Source: Zancudomyces culisetae HAW-14-8
Lineage: Eukaryota; Fungi; Kickxellomycota
Assembly: GCA_052426225.1 (NCBI GenBank)
Contig: JBNJNM010000023.1
Location: forward strand, 62,001 to 126,000
Length of the DNA stretch: 64,000 nt
Direction of reading: 5' to 3'
Positions 35,625 to 48,562 of the stretch are shown one piece after another (the first letter of the stretch is position 1; each line of letters starts with the position of its first letter). The translations under genes were made by a program, and so were the position numbers. The notes beneath the pieces are model-generated. The model ran no database searches, had not been told where the DNA came from, and worked only from the letters and a program-made list of their open reading frames with translations.

Positions 35625-36776
35625 ATGAAAGGTTTTCTAAAAGGGACAAAACTCTTGGCTCTATCGTTGGCCTTGCACCTTCAAAGAGCAAACACTCAAG
35701 GTATAATCGATGTACTAAGCAAGCAGGATGGTATAAAGTTATCAACATATTTAATTAATCAAACAATAACAAAAGTTGTTCCAAACATCGATGATTTTGG
35801 CTACACACTCTTTGTTCCAACAGATGAGGCATACAAAAACTATCTTCTGCTACAACCATCAAGTGAGGATCTGTTTGCTTCGTTTCTTTACCAGATTCTG
35901 GGTGAGCCTGTTTTTACAAATCAGCTAGAGGATGAAGAAACAGTGTTTATTGACAGTATGCTCGTAGGTCAAGATTACGTAAACCTAAACTCTACTAACA
36001 AACAGCAGCCACAAGTTGTAGGGTTGTTTAGAACAGGTACAGGCACACCCTCGGATGAGTTTAACATGAACATCATTGATGGAACGTTTCAACAAAAAAC
36101 AACCTTTCCTAGTATTGTGAAAGCAAACATAAATGTGGGAAAACATGGCGTCGTGCACATAGTTGACAAGGTCTTTGAGGTGCCAAAAAGTCTTAAAACT
36201 GTACTGGGTTCGCTCATCACATTTACTCGCTACAATGGAATGTTTAACAGATCCGGGCTCCTTGACGTATACGATAATAAACCTGGAATAACTGTATTTG
36301 CAACTGAGAACGAAGGACAAAATTTGAGCATCCCTCCTCAGGCAGTCGAGGCAAATATAAAATCATCAGTAGTATCCCAAAATGTAATTTATACCAGACT
36401 TTTTGACAAGACTAGTTCAGTGTCCTCCGATCTCGATAAATACTACTTCAGCCTTTCTCATAACAAAACGTCTCACGAATATCGTGCTGGAAATGCATTG
36501 GTTACTATCCCAAATATTCTTTTGAAAAATGGTGTTCTCCATGGAATTGACTCCACAATCTACGATAAGCCACCCCAGACTCCTACAGGCTCTACAAAGG
36601 CTCCCGCTCGTCGTAGTAGGTTCAGTCGACGCGCGGTTACTGAGAAACAGAACCGAGAAATCTACGTGAGGGACTCCAGTGCTATACCAAAGTTAACCTT
36701 CGAGGAACCCTTATATGTAACACTAACCAAGATATTAGAGGATTTGGCACCCGAGCTGAGCAATAAATTTTCATAA
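35625..36776 (+). CDS. Secreted fasciclin (two FAS1 domains) adhesion-type protein
   Basis: Signal peptide; H1/H2 motifs TLFVPTDEAY..GVVHIVDKV and TVFAT..NGVLHGIDS. Confidence 0.88.
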   Translation: MKGFLKGTKLLALSLALHLQRANTQGIIDVLSKQDGIKLSTYLINQTITKVVPNIDDFGYTLFVPTDEAYKNYLLLQPSSEDLFASFLYQILGEPVFTNQLEDEETVFIDSMLVGQDYVNLNSTNKQQPQVVGLFRTGTGTPSDEFNMNIIDGTFQQKTTFPSIVKANINVGKHGVVHIVDKVFEVPKSLKTVLGSLITFTRYNGMFNRSGLLDVYDNKPGITVFATENEGQNLSIPPQAVEANIKSSVVSQNVIYTRLFDKTSSVSSDLDKYYFSLSHNKTSHEYRAGNALVTIPNILLKNGVLHGIDSTIYDKPPQTPTGSTKAPARRSRFSRRAVTEKQNREIYVRDSSAIPKLTFEEPLYVTLTKILEDLAPELSNKFS

Positions 36777-36977
36777 AAATAAATTATTGATGGCTTTTTC
36801 TCCTTTTTCTACATACCATGCCTTGTAAATTAGTTTCTCTCTCCCTACACTGTTGACTGATTAGCTTTGCTAAACTTTTTATTTTATTTTAAAGTTTATT
36901 GCTATAAAACAAACACTATAAAATTGTTATTAAAAGATACCAGCCATTCAAATAATTTTTTAAATCGCAGAGCCGCA

Positions 36978-37568
36978 TTAAATCTAGAGTGAAAATTATA
37001 GAAGTTTAGGTTTAAATTTTTGTGTTATTACAGTGGTACAAATATATATCATATATAAATCATTTTGCCTCCTAGAAATTCGTATTACTTACCTCATCAA
37101 TCTCAAAATCGAAATCAACTTCTTCATCTTCGACACCAAAGGTATCCGTTTCGTTGATTTTCGCGTTTTCTGGCAGTTCTCCGTATTGTTTCAGACTACG
37201 GGCTTCATCTGCCGTGTACTTGAGAATAACATCTGCTCGATCATCTTGGAAATCTCGGAGCGAAAGCAATATTATGTCACCTTGATTGATCCAAACCTTC
37301 TTGCGCATCTTACCTCGGATTTGCGCTAACCTCTTAGTTCCATCAAAACCGACAGCCTCCAATCTTCCGCTTCCCAGCATTTTAACTACCTGAGCATATT
37401 CTTGACCTTCTTCTTTGAATATCAACTCTCTCTTCTCTCCCTCGGCTTCATTCTTTCCTCGACGTCGATTTTTTCCTCCCTAAAAAAACAATTTTACGGT
37501 ATCAGATTTGTCCTTGTTTATGTTTCGTATTATCATTCTCAATTTACCTTTCCCTTATTCTTCGGCAT
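36978..37568 (-). CDS. TIF11: Translation initiation factor eIF1A (3 exons)
   Basis: Exons 37568-37548, 37479-37093, 36983-36978 give [49 protein letters not shown]. Confidence 0.96.
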
Positions 37569-39003
37569 TTTTTCTTTTTTTTAGTTTTGCGGATAAAGAT
37601 TTATTATTTAATTTTTTCTTTGCTTTATTCACAGTATTTACAACAATAGAAGAAAAAATTTTTTCTTCTCAGTTTCCATTTTTTAATTTTTGAATTACGA
37701 CCAACTGACACCGCAGTAAATTGATCCGCAGCTCCTGCCTTGTTCAAATATCATTGTGGATGTGTCTAGTATTATTCGTATAGCACAGTTCTTTTTTTTG
37801 CCAGGATGTAAACAGAGTACAAGTGACATTAGCTTTCTATTTTTGGGCTAAAAAAATGTGTATAATGAGAAATACCGGTGATGCCATGGCCATAAGTTGC
37901 CATCATGTATTATTTACCACCTCTACTATGCAGATTACACCGATATTATTTCTGCTGGAACCCCTTTAATTCTTCTTTGTAATCTATGGAATGCCATGTG
38001 TATTCACAGTTCTTATACGCTCATGAGGTTTCTATAACTACGTCAATATAGTACACTTATATATACATACGTATATATATATACATATCACAACGTTTCT
38101 TGATAAGTACAGTTTACCTTTACATCCTCACTACGTTTTCTTTTATCAAATTGCAGAAGGAAATCTCAACAACTCAAAACTACTATATTGTTTCTTCTGC
38201 ACCATTCGAGTATACAGATAAAAACATTCTTATATGTTACGACGAAAGCGTACTGAATATACCATACCCAAGACACTTATATGTGTCACAATAGGGGGGA
38301 GGGGGGAGGGGGGTACTAGCGTTTGTTATGCGAACCCCCCCCATTTCTTTTCTGAAATGATATTATGAGCATGTTGTGATCTTATTATTTATAGAGCGTA
38401 GAGCCGTAGCTTGTATTAAAACGGAAGTATTTCAAAATATAACTCGCTTATTTTACTGTATGTGTCCATACCTTGCAATAACAAGAGCCTTCTGTATTCA
38501 AAACCCGCCAAATGTATTGTTTTATCCTGTTTGATGATGTTCCTTCGATAATTCAATTACTTTGATAGAGTAATTTCAGTAGCTCGAGTTATTACACTTT
38601 AAAAAGAATATATATATATATGCAAAGTATTTCCCAGATTCTCAAAGATCAACAGTGGGATTGTATACGCGGTTGTATAGGTGTCCATACTGATACTTAC
38701 TCCCTTTTAGCAGTAATTGTACTTCAAAACAGGATACCAACTGTGTAGTGTATTAATTTTGCAGCACACGGATAAATATTAAAATTATTAGAATATGTAG
38801 GATCCGTGTGATGTTAATCTCTATAAAATACAAGGTCAACCCGACACATCTCATTTTCTTGACTACTTGGTACTATATGTGTGATTATATATATACCTGC
38901 ACTGTATTAAACACAGCAACAACAACAATAATAATTATCATTATTATAGGTGTGTTTGCTCTTAACAATTACAAGGTTTTAACATTTTGGGCAATTAAAA
39001 AAT

Positions 39004-40891
39004 ATGGATTTATACCCTACATTGAAGAACCCTGGAAAGGCCGCCAGAATTGTGTCTTTATTATTATGTATGGGACTTGCCGCATATGCAACTATATGTT
39101 TTTTAAGAGGCAGTGTTATCAGCCCAAGCCGTGTAAACGAGTTTTCGTTGACCTCTCTTGAGGGTTTGAATAGTTCACTTAGTCCGAGCACAAATAGTGA
39201 GTTTATACATTTATATTCATTTTTTTATTTTACTCGAAAGGTCTTTGTTGCTACCTACATATGAAAAAAGTAAAAAGTAAATATTTATCCTATTAATTTG
39301 AAATCTTTGCTAATGTATGCGAATACTAGAGCATAATAAAAGAACACACTCCAAAGATGAAAAAATGATACCAGATATAAAGACAGCAGTGACCTTATTA
39401 GTTGATAATAGCCTTCGTGCGGTCGACCAAACCAGACATTTGGGCAGTTCTCTAGAAAACTTCCACACCATGTTGGTAAATTTTCTTGAAAATAAACTGA
39501 TTGACTCTAGATTAGCTGAAGTTTCGAATAATGTCAAGATAAACACAAAACTGACCCGTGATTTCGAAAAGCAATTGTTGAATATCACAAAAGTATTAAC
39601 TGACGAATTTACGCTCCCTCACGCAAATCAAAAAATTCTCAGTGCCGAACCAAGCTTGCACATTATGATCCAAGATAATGAACATGTTGGCCCAGGTTCG
39701 AAGCAGAGTCCTGGTAAAAAAACTACAACCAGTAGCAGAAAAAACACCGATAAGACCCACTTTGGTATATATTATAATTTTTTACAAGAGTTGGAAAATG
39801 CCGAACTCAGTACAGCTATACTCCGCAACATGAAGATTATAGCAGAGTCATTATATCTTGTGTTAGCAAAATTACACTTGGGTATTGAAAGAGGACAAGC
39901 ATTTTATCTGCTATTGCTAGACACATGTAGGAAATCCGTTAGCGCACTAACCTTAGCGACTACAGCTCTTGATGAAAGTAAAGCTTTTACTTCTAGCTTA
40001 TATAGCATTGGAAAACTCAATCCTGTTAACCAAGACAATTTTGTGAAAGCTAAAACCAATACGGAGCATCGGATGGCAAACCTCATAATCGCAAAACACA
40101 GCCTTTCATTTGATACAAATGTTTTGAAAAGCTTGCTTTCCAAGCTTGAAGATTTTTTGTCACCGGATGCTCCGGGATCAGATGTAATTGATGAATATAT
40201 GCTAGATAATGCAATTAAGATTATTAATATGTGTATTGATACTATATCTTTGATGGATATACTTGTATGTCGAAGCGACGCTGCATTCAAGATATATTTT
40301 CATGTTATAAACTATTATCATGGCCTCGCCTTAAACCGTGTTCACGTCCAAAAGAAAGGCTTAACTTCGGATTCGGATCCAGATTCACACAAAGGTATTG
40401 TGCCTGGCGGCGTTATTTCACCACTTGGCATGCAAGTTCTGGTCGAAATTAGCCTACTGTATGCATCCGCGAATCATCACTATAAATCCTCGAATAACCT
40501 ACTCGATAAAATGGATACAGTTTGCAAGAAATACAAAGAAAGACACTTTGATCCGGCATTTTTGAACCCGCAAGTACCGATACATGAACGACACGAGAGC
40601 TCACGCCACTTCTATTTATCTCATCTTCGGCTGATGCACAGCTACAAAGCCTATAGCAACGCTATGTGCATAAGACTAAAAACATATATAAACAGGATCC
40701 ACACTTCAATTATTGCACCAGGGTTTGATGAGTATCTTTACTCACATAAGATTTTAAAGAAGCTTTACAAAGGTACCTACGAAGATTTTATTGAACCACA
40801 AAAAATGATTAGTCTTCTTGAAAAAACTGTAAACAAGCTTACGATACAGATAGATGAGTATAATTCAGTCATTTCAAGCTATCAGCATTAA
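39004..40891 (+). CDS. Uncharacterised protein with N-terminal signal anchor (2 exons)
   Basis: Exon 39004-39196 and exon 39330-40891 join in frame across a phase-1 intron (GTGAGT..GCTAAT..TAG). Hydrophobic N-terminal helix; no recognised domain. Confidence 0.7.
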
Positions 40892-42158
40892 ACCTTTTTT
40901 CATTCAACAAAAAGAAAAAAGTATTTGTTGAGGGTATTGTAAGCTATACATACTTATCTAGCTAGTAGTGATTACTTTCATTATCAATCATTTTTTTATT
41001 CATTTAATTTCGGTTTTTTTTGCCAGATTATCTCATGATTAATATAAAGGGTAATACATGTTTTTACTGTTTTGGGTTTCTGCTGTTACTTGCCCTAATG
41101 CAAAAGAGAAAGAGAAGAGAAAAGAGACAAGAAAAATAGAAAAATAAAATAGAAAAAAAAGATCTGTACTTTGTTGAAAGCATAACAGCACTTGATGAAT
41201 TATAAGCATATAGTAAAAGCGACCTGACACAAGTCATAGTAGAAAACTATGCTGTAGTTAGAACAGTAAGTTTTGCAATCATCTCGCAATTTTTAAATAC
41301 TCTGTATATATCATCTCTGGTAGCAACGAAAAAAGCACTAGATAAATGTTATTGTTTGTATAGAACATCTAGCTCTGAACAGCAAATAAAAAGCAGATGT
41401 TTACTCTTGTGTACAGAAGGTTGTTTTTTCTGAATACGTGCTTCTGGTGCTGGTTGAGTTTGGTGATCTTTTAATAATCTTGCTATTGAAAGGTATTTTA
41501 CTATTCTACATTTTTCATATCAAAGCAAGCATACAATTAACTATTTTTATTTTTTTGGTGGGGTTGGCTTTAGTGGCGTATATGCAATAGCGGATTTCAT
41601 AACCCGTTTAAACAGGCGCGAATTGAAGAATTGAACACAAAAAATAATTGAGGAAAGGTCCCATAGAGTTGCAGATTTTAAAACAAATTACCAAACCTGG
41701 TGTCGGCGTTTCACAAAACAAATTTTGCTACACCAAATAGTTGTAATGTGTAGAACAATTTAACACATTTTAATTCTAAAGCTTAAACGAAATATTCCTT
41801 TAGATTTTATCAAGATTAAAATTCACAGTCCCTTTGATTGCCTCTTATATATATCAGAGAAACAGATAAAAGGACTACTTTTATTTAGCGGAAAGCTCTT
41901 CTATTTTATACGAGAAGAAGTTAGTATTAAAAAAAAGGTAAAATTGCTTTAAAACATTTCCAATCTAGAATTTCGAGGACAAAACATTCAATATTAGTGT
42001 TGTTTTATCAATAAGCACATTTAACGTTTATCGAATGATGGTCTGTACAATATGCATTACGATGCTTTTGCATAGACACGAGTGTAATTAGGATAAAAAA
42101 TTAAAATATCATAGCCGAATTTTAGATAATAGAACAAAAAAACGATAACTTAATAAGG

Positions 42159-42880
42159 ATGAATAGCATTGTATCAAAAAGAATCCAAAAGGTATTATAT
42201 AATAGTTTTAATTTTCAGAAAAAAAGATATATACATACAATCCTTCATCCTTTAGTAGCAATGCGTAATCGAAAAAAAAAACTAAATTAATCAATAGGAG
42301 ATTGAAAGATTGAACAAAGATCCTGTTCCAGGAATTATTGCCGTGCCACATGAAGACAATATACGATATTTTAGTGTAGAAATGGATGGACCTACACAAT
42401 CACCGTACGAAGGTATTTTTTAATTACAATAGTATTGAAGTAAAATGTGAATCGTAAAACGGCAAGCGTGAATCATGACTCCATACGTTTAGGTGGAAAG
42501 TTTAAGTTGGAGCTGTTTTTACCAGAAGAATACCCAATGGGCCCACCAAAAGTCAGATTTATGACTAAGATCTATCATCCGAACACCGACAAGCTGGGTA
42601 GAATATGTTTAGATATCTTGAAAGGTTCGTATACCCACTGCTTTCTACTCATTTGGATTTAACACTAACACCAAACAAACTAAATAATTTCAATACTATA
42701 TTTTTAGATCGGTGGTCACCTGCCTTACAGATTAGGACTGTCCTGCTGTCGATTCAGGCCCTGCTTTCAGCACCAAATCCCGATGATCCTTTGGCTAATG
42801 ATGTCGCAGATCACTGGAAGACAAACGAGAAGGAGGCTATTGAGACAGCCAGGGAATGGACTAGAAAATATGCATGCTAA
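42159..42880 (+). CDS. UBC13: Ubiquitin-conjugating enzyme E2 N (4 exons)
   Basis: [90 protein letters not shown]. Confidence 0.96.
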
Positions 42881-43108
42881 CTTTATTTGTTCTAATTTTT
42901 TCACTGAATTTGTCTGTTCTATAACCTAACTTTAACATAAAACTTGCTAATAACATTCAATTAAATGACTTGAATACTACTTGTCTTTTGCTTTATTTTT
43001 GCATAAAAGTTTGTCGGATGAGCTGGCAAAGCTGAAAGGAAGAGAGAAAGAGGTAAAGGGAATAGCGATGTTTCATTCTCCTTGAATACTCGCATATCTA
43101 GAGCCATT

Positions 43109-43700
43109 TTACCATCTTTTCTTTACCTATGTAAACAAAGAGAATTTGGGATTAAGTAATACACCATTTGTACACTTGGTGGAAAGATCATTTTATTCAA
43201 ATTCTTATTAGGGCTGATTGAATCAACAATTGTTATTCTTACCACATTCTGGACACAAGCTTTAAAAGCCTGGAATTCTTTTAAACATTTATCTCGGCTT
43301 ATGTTTTCCATGTTGCTTGCTACGCATTTTCCATACGCTATTGACTATTATATATGAAATTGCATATATTTGGATGGGGTAAGTAAATGTACAAAATGAT
43401 AGGATGTCCAAGTGGATACTGATTTTCATAATAGCCCTTGTGGCTAGAACATTTGATCAACACTAGCTTTACCATTGCAAACAAATTTTATTTGTTCCGT
43501 TGCAAACACATTTTCGAGATTGTACTTTTTTTTACAAAGGTTAAAGTAGAAGTAGAATGCAGGACGAGAAAGGTTGGGAGAAGAGAAGACAAGAGAAGAA
43601 ATAATGAATTGATAAAAAAACATGAGTTTGTATTACTTACCTGTTGGCCACATTTTGAGACACCCTCGCCTAGCTTCTGGACAAGGTAATTTCGTTTCAT
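43109..43700 (-). CDS. Twin-CX9C mitochondrial protein, NDUFAF8-like (3 exons)
   Basis: Exons 43700-43641, 43344-43243, 43126-43109 give ..SKCGQQSIAYGKCVASNMENISRDKCLKEFQAFKACVQNVVKKRW*. Confidence 0.85.
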
Positions 43701-43955
43701 GATTTTATTGACTGTTGTCGGTTTTGGATTTTATTAGAAGTATTGTTTTATGAAAACTGAGTTGACAAAAAAGCCTAAAATTGTTCTTTTATTGCTTTTG
43801 GTTGCTAGATAATATCAGAATGAATATGATCAAATAGATTCAAAAAAATCGAGTCCAAATTGGCTCAATACCAGACCATCAAAATTTATGCAACCCAAGA
43901 ATAATATGGGCCTAAAAAAATGTTTCTGTAATGTGCTTTTATTAAAATAATTGAA

Positions 43956-44636
43956 CTACGTGAAAGCGGGTTCAACTGGTTTTAAAAATGTGAATAAGGT
44001 CTCGAAATACTCCCGCCATGATAGTTGCTCTTGGCTAAATAGACTCAATACAGTCTAAACTGTAATTTAATCTGTTTTGACATTGAAAAAATAAACGTAT
44101 CTTTAAAAAAGACAAAATAAAACTAGTACATGGCGATCCGAGAGTTGCGGAGAATAACCAAAAAAAACCCTATAACAATAAGTAAGCTTCCAGCCAAGTC
44201 GAGCAAAGCAGTGTTGTTGATTGTAATCATGCCCAATATTATATAGTACGCTCCCCTTCCTGTTGCAGTATAGAGGAAATGATAGTGTTTTGCAAACATT
44301 TTTGACCTGTTAAACTCTGCTCTTATAATCAGAACTACATTTGCCCTATATGATATAAATAAATACAGATAAGTATGCATTTTTTTAGGCTTTTGAGGGA
44401 AATACATGTAAAACCATATTGTATGAAGAGTCGCAAACTACAGTCAATTGAAATGATTCCAAATAAAACACTTACAGTAATGCAAAGCTGTGGACAATGG
44501 CTGCTGGGTTGAAATGCATGAAAAATAGTACTGCAGCCCCGAGTATAATAAGGCTTGTAACGATATTTATGACCTTGGTCAAGATTGTGCTTTTTGTTTG
44601 GCATTTGGTTGTTGGTTCGCATATACCTTCGTCCAT
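43956..44636 (-). CDS. COPI-associated/Tvp15-like Golgi membrane protein
   Basis: Exon 44636-44476 plus exon from 44345 give four hydrophobic segments with YHFLYTATGRGAYYIILG. The 3' end is either the stop at 44123 or a third exon 44034-43956 (phase-compatible, uncertain). Confidence 0.7.
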
Positions 44637-46036
44637 TTTGTTTTTTGCTGGGTTATGTTTTTTTATTAAGATGGCTAAAAGATGATGTTGTGATGCACAA
44701 TACTAGGGATATAGTAAGATTGAACTGATATTTTCGTGAGATGGTATGGGGTTTGAAAGTGAAAGATACGTTTTTTTTATTTATGTTGAATGGATGATGT
44801 TGAAGTATTTGTTTTTTTGAAGAAAGTTCTCTTGTTTTATACTTTTCTGAGATTACTTGTCTCTAACATTCAAAAACATAAGAATACATTTAATACCTAG
44901 CATTCATTATTGGAAATTTTTTTTGTTTTAAAATGTAAAGGCAAAATGAAAGGCTTGAGTATTCTCTTTTTCAATTTGCAAAGGTATTTGAATTGCAGTT
45001 ATTGATGAGGGAATGGGTTCTTTTTATTAGACTAAAAATCTGGGAATAACAATTAATATACTAGGAAAAAATCAACGGCTAAAGCTCATCGCTATATTAT
45101 AATAACAACATGAGCGCATTTATACTGGAAATTTTATAAATGGTTGTGTTTAACTCGATCTGTAAAAAAGGTATTTTTTTCTTTTCAACTGGGTACAACC
45201 AAAAGTAATTATCAGCAAACATCAGGTTGTTGATAAATTGTGACTTTAAAGGCTCGTTTATACAAAGAATCTTCTCAAAACTATTTATTTTAGATTGAAA
45301 TTATTGAGGTGATTGTGATATTGGTATTCTAAGCCCACTTTGAAATGATCAAAGCAAAAAAAAAGAGCACCAATGCTTTGTCAATGTGTATTTATACAAT
45401 AGGTGTATTAAAATTGTGAACATAGGTTATAGATACAGTGTGAAATTCAATAAACTGGATTGCTGAATGGTATGTATATAGATATAGCGCAGAGTTGTAA
45501 CCATAAGGTCTCAGTTATAGAGTATATACATAATAAACAAGCACAATGTAACTACAGGCAAACAAAACTGTCGTGGTATATAATTTCGAATATCTTGAAA
45601 GATATTGGAAACATACAGCATGTTATAACCTCACTCATTTTCTTCTCTTCTCCTTTCCTTCTTTTTTTACAGGCTACTTACATTTATTTACTACCCAAGC
45701 TACAAGAGGGCAACACATAGTTATAGTAAGCGAAGGTGAGGATAGTTAAGGATAGCAAAATCAAAATTAGAAATGGTAGAAAAAGTAACAAACCGTTTTC
45801 ATTGGACAAATAATAAATGGCCATTTGTTAGGAGCACCATCATTCTAATGGAGCCATTCATTGCTCAAAGCAATAAAATTTTTTTTTTCAAATCAACTAA
45901 CTAGAAGGGATTCAAAAAAAAAAATTAAATAAAATTTTTTACACAGCTAAACAAGACTTAAAAAGAAAAGATTCTAATCTTGTTTCATTCAGTTTCTTTT
46001 AATTGCAAGAAAGGGATATACTAGCGGACATAAAAA

Positions 46037-47773
46037 ATGGCACCAGTAAAGAAGGTAACAAAGGGAAAGAAGGTAGCAGCAGCACCACAATCCGGAAAGG
46101 GAAAGAAGGGACAATCCAGCGTTGCCCAGAAGAACCCACTCTTCGAGAAGCGCAGCAGAAACTTTGGAATTGGACAAGCAATCCAACCAAAGGTTGATCT
46201 CTCAAGATACGTCAAATGGCCACAGTACGTTAGATTGCAACGTCAAAAGAAGATTTTGATGATGAGATTGAAGGTCCCACCAGCTATCAATCAATTCTCA
46301 CAAGTCTTGGACAAGAACACCGCTTCACAATTGTTCAGAATTGCAAAGAAGTACAGACCAGAGAGCAAGGTTGAAAAGAAGCAGAGACTTGCCGGTCAAG
46401 CACAAAAGATTGCCGCAGGCGAGAAGGCCGAGTCCGAGAAGCCAAGTGTCATCAAATACGGAATCAACCACATTACTAATTTGGTTGAAAGCAAGAAGGC
46501 TAAGTTGGTGGTGATCGCTAATGATGTTGACCCAATTGAGGTACATTATCTTGAAATTTTATTTTATTTAAGGAGTATACACAGGGAGTGATAGGAGCAG
46601 TGTATTACTACTGTTTTATGAAATCAAGGAGCGTATGGTTTTGTCTCTTTACAACCATTATGCTGTTTCGGACAATTCAAGCATATCTTTGAACCAAGCC
46701 GTGTTTTTTTGGAAACGTAATTACGTGGACTTGGGCCGGAGTTACTGTTTGGTTTGGACGCATGTGGATCGAAGACGTGTTTTACAAAGTAAATCAGTTC
46801 TTCATTTACATGGATTTGGTGCAGTCTACTAGATTTTTTTTTGCTAGTGATGACTGAATGCTTAAAGCGATCGATAGTGTGACTGGTGTATGGCAATTGT
46901 GTTTAAATAGGCAACGTGTTATGCGTATTCTATACATACTAGCTATATCCAGTAACATAATGACCCACCGAATGCAAACATGTTGCATTTACACTTTTTA
47001 TTTTTATACATTAATTATATTTGATTATGAAGAGGTGTGTATAATTTTGCAGGTGGTGTATATATGAAGACATTGTCATTTGAAATCGGGTAAAGGGGTT
47101 GATGTACATTTATTAGTCTTAATATGATGTATGTATTGGACCCGTTTACTTGGTTTTGTCGTTCATATTGCATCACTTGTATTATTAAATATTATGTCTA
47201 CTGTTTTGTATTTAAAGCTTTTTTCTGCTCTGGAAAAATGCCGAATTTCAAATTAGTGACACTCTTCTATATCATTACGCTAGGTAAGTGTCAGTGGTGT
47301 AGTATCGTAATTTTTTTACGTTTGGTTGGTCATTTCTCACACTATGGTTGCAGTCACAAAGCAATGTGGCTTATCTGCTTTTCAATACCTGGAGTTGTCT
47401 CTATTCTCTTAATTGCTACCTCTATCCGATAGATGTTCTAACCATTATTTTTGATTTGATGTTATAGCTCGTTTTGTGGTTGCCAGCTCTTTGCAGAAAG
47501 ATGGGAGTCCCATACTGCATTGTTAAAGGAAAGGCTAGACTTGGTACATTGATCCACAAGAAGACCGCTACCGCAGTTGCCTTCACCTCAGTGAACGACG
47601 AAGACAAGCAGTCATTCGCCGCTTTGGTGTCAGCAGTCAACGAGAACTTTGCCGCTAGAACCGATGATATTAGAAAGACATGGGGTGGTGGTATCATGGG
47701 AGTCAAGTCCAGAGCAGCTGCTGCCAAGAAACAAAAGGCAATCAGCCGTGATACTCTCAAGATCAATGTATAA
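46037..47773 (+). CDS. RPL8: 60S ribosomal protein eL8 (L8/L7a), 2 exons
   Basis: Exon 46037-46540 ([46 protein letters not shown]), 927-nt intron 46541-47467, exon 47468-47773 ([30 protein letters not shown]). Confidence 0.97.
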
Positions 47774-47949
47774 GTTTTTTTCGAATCTTTGTTGTTGGTT
47801 TTTATATTTTGCTTCATTAAATATAATAAAGTGAAATATATTTGTTCTTGTATTTATCTAATGTTCTAACTAATTTGTAATACAATTTTAATAAAAGTTA
47901 CAAGCTTAAGTTTAAAAGTTTAGTAATTTTTTGAAAAGTTGTAAACTGT

Positions 47950-48156
47950 TTCCACAAATGGAGTGGCATGAAAACATGGATAGCAGATTTAATACAGAAC
48001 CCCTTTAAACACTCGAAGGACACTTGGGTCACAGGGTACACAAGGTGGTCTAACAGATTCAACAGGATCAAGATTGACAATGCACCAACCGGAGAGGTAA
48101 GAAAAACCAAAGAGACACTCGAGATAAACAACAGGCTGAAAGACAAGTCGAATATT
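47950..48156 (+). mobile_element. Internal LINE fragment duplicating 53316-53522
   Basis: 207-bp near-identical copy (one substitution seen) of late ORF2 sequence, abutting the 5' end of the full-length element. Confidence 0.92.
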
Positions 48157-48562
48157 GATTTTATACACTATAGTACTTCATTTTTTAAAAAATTGAAAAA
48201 TATAGCGATATCGACTATTGACAGCGACTAAAATCACACAACATCTTAAATAAAATATTACCTTTAAAACAAGCCTAAAAACATTAAAAACCATAAGAAA
48301 AAAAAAAGATATATAGCAATAAAAAAACATAAGAAAAAACATAAAAAGATAACAAAAAGATAACAAAAAAAGTTATAAAAAACCCAAAAAACATAGTAAA
48401 AAGTACCCAAAAGGTCATAAAAAACTCATAAAAAACACGTCTAAACCGAGATTAGTACTGATCTCGACACATTTAGTCCAACTGAACATAAATCTAAACC
48501 TAAATCTACTAAATTTAACTGACCTTAAATCCAAAAAAACCCTAAGAAACGTCTGCGAAGAT

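Noticed and set aside
42159-42880. UBC13 in the same window as its partner-type E3 DMA1; HPNT instead of HPNI/V
   Set aside because: 34 kb apart with unrelated genes between; the substitution leaves the HPN and catalytic Cys intact.
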